Shown here: positions 58,085-64,000 of the stretch, piece by piece
How the letters are laid out: each line of letters starts with the position of its first letter
How positions within the stretch are numbered: the first letter of the stretch is position 1
Origin: an uncultured Gemmatimonadales bacterium
GTDB lineage: Bacteria > Gemmatimonadota > Gemmatimonadetes > Longimicrobiales > RSA9
Length of the DNA: 64,000 nucleotides
Direction: 5' to 3'
Assembly: GCA_963783305.1 (NCBI GenBank)
Contig: CAWAMW010000015.1
Coordinates: forward strand, 320,001-384,000
The notes under the pieces: model-generated
Told to the model about the DNA's origin: nothing
What the model saw: only the letters and a program-made list of their open reading frames with translations
Databases searched by the model: none
Position numbers and translations under genes: made by a program

Positions 58085-60988
58085 ATGCGGGAGCAGGTCA
58101 GGAACGTGCTCTTCGTGTCCAGCTTCTACGAGTCGTTCATCATGGCCGAGGACGGACAGCTGAATGAGCTGCTCCTCACGAAGTTTCTCGACGTCAATCT
58201 CAGCCAGGCGCCGCGCCTCACCCACGTCTCCACGGGCGCGGAGGCGCTGGAGCTGGTCAGTGAACCCGACCGCTTCGACCTGATCCTGTCCGCGCTGGAC
58301 GTGGGCGACATGGACGCCGTGGAGCTGACGGACCGGCTCCGCGAGCGGGGCGTGGACCTCCCGGTCGTGCTCCTGGGCTACGACCACCGCGTGCTCAAGG
58401 AGTTCCTCGCTCGCCGCGCCCCGCTGCCCATCGATCGCAGCTTCCTGTGGCAGGGCGATGTGCGGATCCTCCTCGCCATCGTCAAGTACATCGAGGACAA
58501 GCGGAACGTGGAGCACGACGTGCGCGTGGGCGTGCCCGTGCTCCTCGTGGTGGAGGACAACGTCCGCTACTACTCCTCCTTCCTGCCGGTCATCTACACG
58601 GAGGTGATGAAGCACTCCCAGCAGGTCATCTCCGAGGGGCTGAACCTGTCGCAGAAGCTGCTTCGGATGCGGGCCCGGCCGAAGATCCTGCTGGCCAGCT
58701 CCTACGAGGAGGCGTGGGAGTACTTCGACCGCTATCGCGATGATGTGCTGGGCGTCTTCAGCGACATCGAGTTCCCGCGCGAGGGGCGGCTCGACCCGGA
58801 CGCCGGCATGGCGCTGGCCGGCCGGATCCGGCAGGCGCGCCCGGATGTCCCCATCGCGCTCCAGTCCAGCTACCCGGAGAACGAGGGGGAGGCGCGGGAG
58901 ATCGGCGCGAGCTTCCTGCTGAAGGGCTCCACCGACATGCTGACGCGGCTGCGGGAGCTGCTGGTGGATGAGTTCTTCTTCGGCGACTTCGTATTCCGGC
59001 TCCCGAGCGGACAGGAGCTGGCGCGAGCGCGGAACCTGAAGGAGCTGGTGGAACGCCTCCGCACCGTTCCGGCGGAGAGCATCGCCTACCACGGTCAGCG
59101 CAACGATTTCTCGAGCTGGCTGCGGGCCCGGGCGGAGTTCGAGCCGGCGAGCAAGGTGCGCCGTCGCAAGCTGTCGGATTTCGAGTCCCTCGAGCACGTC
59201 CGGCGCGACCTGATCCGCTCCATCGACGAGTTCCGTCGGGAGCGGAACCGCGGCACCGTGGCCGATTTCGATCGGTCGACCTTCGACCCCACCATGGGCA
59301 TCGCGCGGATCGGCGGCGGGTCCCTGGGCGGGAAGGCCCGCGGCCTCGCCTTCGGGATCCGGCTGCTCGATCGGTCCCGGATCAGCGAGCGCTTCGAAGA
59401 CATCCGGATCACCGTCCCACCGGCGGTGGTGCTGGGCACGGAGGTCTTCGAGCAGTTCCTGGAAGAGAACGCGTTGCGGGACGTCTCGCTCCGGTCCACC
59501 AACGACAACGAGCTGCTCCGGCAGTTCCGGAACTCGGCCTTCCCGGCGGGCCCCCAGGATCAGCTGCGGGATTTCCTCGACGTCATGCGGGTACCGCTGG
59601 CGGTCCGCTCTTCCAGCCTGCTGGAGGACTCCCCGCACCAGCCGTTCGCGGGCATATTCGAGACGCGGATGCTGTCCAACGATCACCCCGACGCCGACAT
59701 CCGCCTCGCCCACCTGCTCGATGCCATCAAGCAGGTCTATGCCTCCACCTTCTCGCAGCACACCAAAGCCTTCCTGCGCGCCACGCCCTATCGCCTCGAA
59801 GAAGAGCAGATGGCGGTGGTGATCCAGAAGATGGTGGGCTCACGTCACGACCAGTACTTCTACCCCGACTTCGCCGGCGTGGCCCGCTCGTTCAACTACT
59901 ACCCCACGCCGCCACTGCGCTCGGAAGAGGGGATCGTGGCGGTGGCGCTCGGCCTCGGCCGGACCGTGGTGGACGGGGAGCCGTGCCTCCGCTTCTCCCC
60001 CGCCCATCCCCGGCACATCGTGGAGTTCTCCTCGGTGGAGGACATGCTCAAGAACGCGCAGCGGGGGTTCTGGGCGCTCCAGATGCGGTCCGGGGGCGAG
60101 AGCACCACACTCCGCGACGGCCTCACTCGCCTCACGCTGGATGACGCGGAGACCCACGGGGTGCTGGGGCCGCTGGCCTCCAGCTACTCGCCCCAGAACA
60201 ACGCCGTGTATGACGGGATCGGGAGGGCCGGCATCCGACTGGTCACCTTCGCGCCGATCCTGAAGAACGAGGTGTTCCCGCTGGCCGAGATCGTGGGGGA
60301 GCTGCTGGAGATGGGCGCCGGCGGCACCAGCTCACCGGTGGAGATCGAGTTCGCGGTGAACCTGTCGCCGCCCCCCGGCGAGCCCCGGGAGTTCGGCTTC
60401 CTCCAGCTCCGCCCGCTGGCCCCCAGCCGGGAGCCGGACGACCTGGAGATCGGCGTGGTGACTCGGGACGACCTGATCTGCGAGAGCCCGTGGGTGCTGG
60501 GGAACGGACGGCTGGAGAACGTCCGGGACATGGTGGTGGTGGACCCCGACCAGTTCGAGCGCTCCGCCAGCCGGAAGACGGCCCGGGGAGTGGCCGTCCT
60601 GAACAGCCGGCTCGTGGCCGAGGGCGCGCCCTACATCCTGGTGGGCGTGGGCCGCTGGGGGTCGAGCCACCCGGAGCTCGGGATCCCGGTGAGCTGGGAC
60701 GACATCTCGGGGGCGGTGGCCATCGTCGAGGCGGGGCTGCGCGACATCCGCGTCACGCCCTCCCAGGGCACCCATTTCTTCCAGAACCTGGCCTCGGCCA
60801 ACGTGGGCTACTTCACGGTGAACGAGGACCGCGGCGAGGGGTTCGTGCAGTGGGACTGGCTGAAGGCGCAGCCACACGTGAAGGTCAACGGTTGTGTCCT
60901 GCACGTCCACTTCGACGACCCCCTGGAGGTAGTGATGATGGGGCAGGAGCACCGGGGGATCATCCGGAAGCCCGCACCCACGGACTGA
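58085..60988 (+). CDS. Receiver-like domains fused to a PEP/pyruvate-binding (PPDK N-terminal) domain; start may be upstream at CTG 58022
   Basis: GGGSLGGKARGLAF, AVRSSSLLED, VEIEFAV, SQGTHFFQN; N-terminal LLVVEDNVRYYS receiver-like regions. Confidence 0.85.
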   Translation: MREQVRNVLFVSSFYESFIMAEDGQLNELLLTKFLDVNLSQAPRLTHVSTGAEALELVSEPDRFDLILSALDVGDMDAVELTDRLRERGVDLPVVLLGYDHRVLKEFLARRAPLPIDRSFLWQGDVRILLAIVKYIEDKRNVEHDVRVGVPVLLVVEDNVRYYSSFLPVIYTEVMKHSQQVISEGLNLSQKLLRMRARPKILLASSYEEAWEYFDRYRDDVLGVFSDIEFPREGRLDPDAGMALAGRIRQARPDVPIALQSSYPENEGEAREIGASFLLKGSTDMLTRLRELLVDEFFFGDFVFRLPSGQELARARNLKELVERLRTVPAESIAYHGQRNDFSSWLRARAEFEPASKVRRRKLSDFESLEHVRRDLIRSIDEFRRERNRGTVADFDRSTFDPTMGIARIGGGSLGGKARGLAFGIRLLDRSRISERFEDIRITVPPAVVLGTEVFEQFLEENALRDVSLRSTNDNELLRQFRNSAFPAGPQDQLRDFLDVMRVPLAVRSSSLLEDSPHQPFAGIFETRMLSNDHPDADIRLAHLLDAIKQVYASTFSQHTKAFLRATPYRLEEEQMAVVIQKMVGSRHDQYFYPDFAGVARSFNYYPTPPLRSEEGIVAVALGLGRTVVDGEPCLRFSPAHPRHIVEFSSVEDMLKNAQRGFWALQMRSGGESTTLRDGLTRLTLDDAETHGVLGPLASSYSPQNNAVYDGIGRAGIRLVTFAPILKNEVFPLAEIVGELLEMGAGGTSSPVEIEFAVNLSPPPGEPREFGFLQLRPLAPSREPDDLEIGVVTRDDLICESPWVLGNGRLENVRDMVVVDPDQFERSASRKTARGVAVLNSRLVAEGAPYILVGVGRWGSSHPELGIPVSWDDISGAVAIVEAGLRDIRVTPSQGTHFFQNLASANVGYFTVNEDRGEGFVQWDWLKAQPHVKVNGCVLHVHFDDPLEVVMMGQEHRGIIRKPAPTD

Positions 60989-60992
60989 CGGG

Positions 60993-61526
60993 TCAGTCCT
61001 TCAGACCGCCCAGCCGCAGCCGCTCCTGGTCCGCGCCGAGACGCGCCGCCCAGTCCGGCAACTCGGGCGACTTCGGCAAGCCCGCCAGATCGCCCACCTC
61101 CGCCGGCGTCACGGAGCCGCCCGATGCGCGGAGGAACCGCCCCACCACGAGCGCACTCGCCACCTCCTCCTCGTTCCGGATGAAGCGCTGGTCGATGTAG
61201 AACGATCGCGCGTCCCAGCCCAGGACGCGGGTCTCGACCTCGAACCGCTGGAAGAGCGTGAGCGCCCGGCGGAACCCGATGCTCTCGCCGGTGACCACGG
61301 GAAACCAGCGGCGCCGCTTCATCTCCTGAACCAGGCCCGCCCGCGCCAGCAGGTCCATCCGCGCCACGTCCAGGAAGGACAGGTACACGCCGTTGTTCAC
61401 GTGACGAAGGAGGTCGAGGTCCGTGGGCAGGACCCGGAACGGCGTCCGGATGGGCCCGAGGAGTCCGCCGCGGGGCCGGAACCGGCCGAAGAGGCGGAGC
61501 CAGAGCAGTCGCATATATAGGTTCAT
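60993..61526 (-). CDS. Acyl-CoA thioesterase (4HBT-like)
   Basis: RVLPTDLDLLRHVNNGVY...DVAR hotdog-fold motif. Confidence 0.88.
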   Translation of the reverse strand: MNLYMRLLWLRLFGRFRPRGGLLGPIRTPFRVLPTDLDLLRHVNNGVYLSFLDVARMDLLARAGLVQEMKRRRWFPVVTGESIGFRRALTLFQRFEVETRVLGWDARSFYIDQRFIRNEEEVASALVVGRFLRASGGSVTPAEVGDLAGLPKSPELPDWAARLGADQERLRLGGLKD

Positions 61527-61642
61527 GGTGCTGAAGATAGGAGCGGGGCCGGACGTTCGCGACGGACCTTTTCGGCGGGTCGTGTTTATGGAGGTCCGAC
61601 CGGGAGTACCAGCACGATACCGACTCAAATCACAAGGAGAAT

Positions 61643-61828
61643 ATGGGACTCACTACACTGACCGAGCGGGAGAAGCACTGGAACCGGGTGGCGAAGGGCG
61701 CCATCGACAGGAATGAGACCTGGGAGTCGTGCGGGGACTGCCTGCGCTACCACCCCGAGGGCTACGACGGGTCGTGTGACGACATCGACAAGCGTCTGCC
61801 CGGCATGCCGTCCGAGTTCAACGCGTAG
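61643..61828 (+). CDS. Small Cys-containing hypothetical protein
   Basis: Strong AAGGAG RBS, CGDC motif, own terminator. Confidence 0.6.
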   Translation: MGLTTLTEREKHWNRVAKGAIDRNETWESCGDCLRYHPEGYDGSCDDIDKRLPGMPSEFNA

Positions 61829-61849
61829 AGCCGGCACGCCACAGGCACG

Positions 61850-61884
61850 ACGGGCCGCTCCCACTCCGGGGGCGGCCCGTTTGT
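61850..61884 (+). terminator. Intrinsic terminator
   Basis: ACGGGCCGCTCCC...GGGGGCGGCCCGT followed by TTGT. Confidence 0.65.
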
Positions 61885-61957
61885 CATCCACGGGGTTGAT
61901 CCCTGACGCGGCCGCGGTTAGGGTGCCACCTCACCGACCTCAGAACCGAAGAACAGA

Positions 61958-63325
61958 ATGAAGCGCATCCTCGTGGTGGGCGCGGGGCAGAGCTCTCCGT
62001 ACCTGATCCGCTGGCTGCTGGACCGGGCGGAATCCCGCCGCTGGCACGTGACCGTCGCGGACGCCGATGAGGCCGCCGCCCGGGCGCGCGTGGAGGACCA
62101 CCACCCCCACGCCACCGCCATCCGGCTGGACGTGACCGACCCGCAGGAGCTGGCGACCCGGTTCGCCGCCGCCGACGTGGTGGTCAACCTGCTCCCGCCG
62201 CAATTCGAGCTTACGGTGGCCTGGAGCTGTGTCCAGCACCGTACACCGATGCTCACGGCCTCCTACCTCGATCCGAAGGTGGCCGCGCTGCACGAGGACG
62301 CGCGGGAGCGAGGGGTGCTGCTGCTGGCGGAGCTCGGCCTCGACCCGGGCATCGACCTCATGTCCACCATGGAGCTCCTGAACACGATCCGGGACGACGG
62401 CGGGCGCGTGGTCTCCTACGAGTCGTACGGCTCCGGCGTGCCCGATCCCGCCAGCGTGGACAACCCGTTCAGCTACGCCATCACCTGGAACCCGCGGAAC
62501 GTGGTGATGGCGGGGCAGGAGGGCGCGCTCTTCCGCCGCGACGGTCGGCTGCGCGCCGCTCCCCCCTCCCGTCTGTTCCGGACCACCTGGTCCGTGGACG
62601 TGCCGGGGATCGGCGTCATGGAGGCATATCCGAATCGCGACTCCCTCCGCTACATCGATCCGTTCGACCTCCAGGACTGCCCCACCGTCATCCGCGGCAC
62701 GCTCCGGTTCAACGGTTGGTGCGAGACGTGGCACCAGGTCGTGCGGCTCGGGCTCCCGCTCGAGACGCTCCGGGTGCCCGGGCTGGACGCGCTGTCGTGG
62801 CGCGAGCTCGTGGCGGCGTTCCTCCCGGAGACCGACCCCGCCAGCGATGATGGCGCGACGGTCCGCGTCGCCACCGCCCGCTTCCTCGGGCTGGATCCCG
62901 ATGATGTCGTGATGGATCGGCTGGAGTGGCTCGGGCTCTTCGGCGACTCCCCTATCGGAGGGGGCGCGGGCACGCCGGCCGAAGCGCTCATCCGGCTCCT
63001 GCGGGACCGGCTCCGGCTCGCGTCCACCGGCCGCGACCTCGTCATCCTCCTCCACAGGCTCGCGTACGAGCGCCCGGACGGCACCCACGGTGTCGTGACC
63101 TCCACACTGAAGGAGTGGGGAGAGCCGGGCGGCACGACCGCCATGGCCCGTACGGTGGGGCTGCCACTGGCGCTGGCCGTGGAACGGATCCTGTCGGCGG
63201 AGCTGTCCCTCGCGGGGGTCCATACGCCGACGCACCCTCTGGTCTACCGGCCTCTCCTCGATGCCCTCGCCGAAAACGGCGTCCGCTTCGACGAGGTGTG
63301 GACCGACCGCGACCGATCGGAATGA
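61958..63325 (+). CDS. Saccharopine dehydrogenase (glutamate-forming, Lys9/SDH-like)
   Basis: VGAGQS, ELGLDPGIDL, YAITWNPRNVV, EAYPNRDSL, RGTLR, AMARTVGLP. Confidence 0.9.
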   Translation: MKRILVVGAGQSSPYLIRWLLDRAESRRWHVTVADADEAAARARVEDHHPHATAIRLDVTDPQELATRFAAADVVVNLLPPQFELTVAWSCVQHRTPMLTASYLDPKVAALHEDARERGVLLLAELGLDPGIDLMSTMELLNTIRDDGGRVVSYESYGSGVPDPASVDNPFSYAITWNPRNVVMAGQEGALFRRDGRLRAAPPSRLFRTTWSVDVPGIGVMEAYPNRDSLRYIDPFDLQDCPTVIRGTLRFNGWCETWHQVVRLGLPLETLRVPGLDALSWRELVAAFLPETDPASDDGATVRVATARFLGLDPDDVVMDRLEWLGLFGDSPIGGGAGTPAEALIRLLRDRLRLASTGRDLVILLHRLAYERPDGTHGVVTSTLKEWGEPGGTTAMARTVGLPLALAVERILSAELSLAGVHTPTHPLVYRPLLDALAENGVRFDEVWTDRDRSE

Positions 63326-63338
63326 ACGTGGAGCCCAC

Positions 63339-64000
63339 ATGCTGAAGACCGGGATCCCGGCGACATCCAGGAAGGAGAATGAGAAACGGGTCCCCATCCA
63401 CCCCGCGCACCTCGAGCGGATCCCCGCCGAGCTGCGCTCCAGGATCACCCTGGAATCGGGCTACGGCCTGCCCTTCGGCATGGACGACCATGGGATCCGT
63501 GCGCTGGGCTTCGGCACCGCTCCCCGGCCGGTGGTCCTTGCCGACAGCGAGCTGGTGATCCTGCCGAAGCCGCTGCGCTCGGACCTGCTCGAGATGTCCG
63601 AGGGCGCCACGCTCTGGGGCTGGCCCCACGCCGTCCAGCAGCAGGACATGGCGCAGGCCGCCATCGACCGCCGGCTCACGCTCATCGCCTTCGAGTCCAT
63701 GTTCCACTGGGGCGGGGACGGCCGGCGCGGTGTCCACATCCTGTACAAGAACAACGAGCTCGCCGGCTACTGCGGCATCCTGGACGCGCTACGGGTCACC
63801 GGCCGCGACGGCGATTACGGCCCGCAGCGGAGCGTCGTGATCCTGAGCTTCGGCTCCGTGAGTCGGGGCGCGGCCCACGCCCTCCTGGGCCGCGGATTCA
63901 GCGACATCACCGCCCTTACGCTCCGGCCGCCCCACCTGGTGGCCGACCAGCGGTTCGGCGTACGGTTCGGCCAGATCCGACGCGGCGATAAGGGCAGCGG
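63339..64000 (+). CDS. N5-(carboxyethyl)ornithine synthase-like protein (AlaDH/PNT fold); runs off the window
   Basis: Manual translation MLKTGIPATSRKENEKRVPIHP...ESGYG...LWGWPHAVQ...IAFESM...KNNELAGY. Confidence 0.8.
   Translation, partial: MLKTGIPATSRKENEKRVPIHPAHLERIPAELRSRITLESGYGLPFGMDDHGIRALGFGTAPRPVVLADSELVILPKPLRSDLLEMSEGATLWGWPHAVQQQDMAQAAIDRRLTLIAFESMFHWGGDGRRGVHILYKNNELAGYCGILDALRVTGRDGDYGPQRSVVILSFGSVSRGAAHALLGRGFSDITALTLRPPHLVADQRFGVRFGQIRRGDKGS

Overview
High-GC bacterial chromosomal window; Gemmatimonadota-like by inference from gene content. It has four parts. (1) 1-10 kb: housekeeping and envelope genes (Na+/solute symporter, S46 peptidase, DUF1990 pair, fabH) and a heptamer tandem repeat. 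(2) 10.3-25.6 kb: a signalling locus of four translationally coupled soluble multi-GAF histidine kinases (13 GAF domains) and a single-domain receiver, facing a membrane HisKA-REC protein with a degenerate cyclase domain. (3) 27.6-41.6 kb: a decaying variable region. It holds an integron cassette array (five attC sites, three toxin-antitoxin cassettes), a 3' stub of an integron integrase co-oriented with the cassettes, many gene fragments, and a gene split by a 1.75-kb transposase-free insert flanked by a perfect 71-bp direct repeat. (4) 41.8-64 kb: amino-acid and energy metabolism (IorA fused to a GltD-like module, iorB, ptb-buk, a COG2403 protein, gdhA, saccharopine dehydrogenase with a CEOS-like enzyme), plus recQ, glpD and REP-like repeats. 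No tRNA, rRNA, CRISPR array or intact recombinase/transposase was seen. All calls come from motif reading; no database searches were run.
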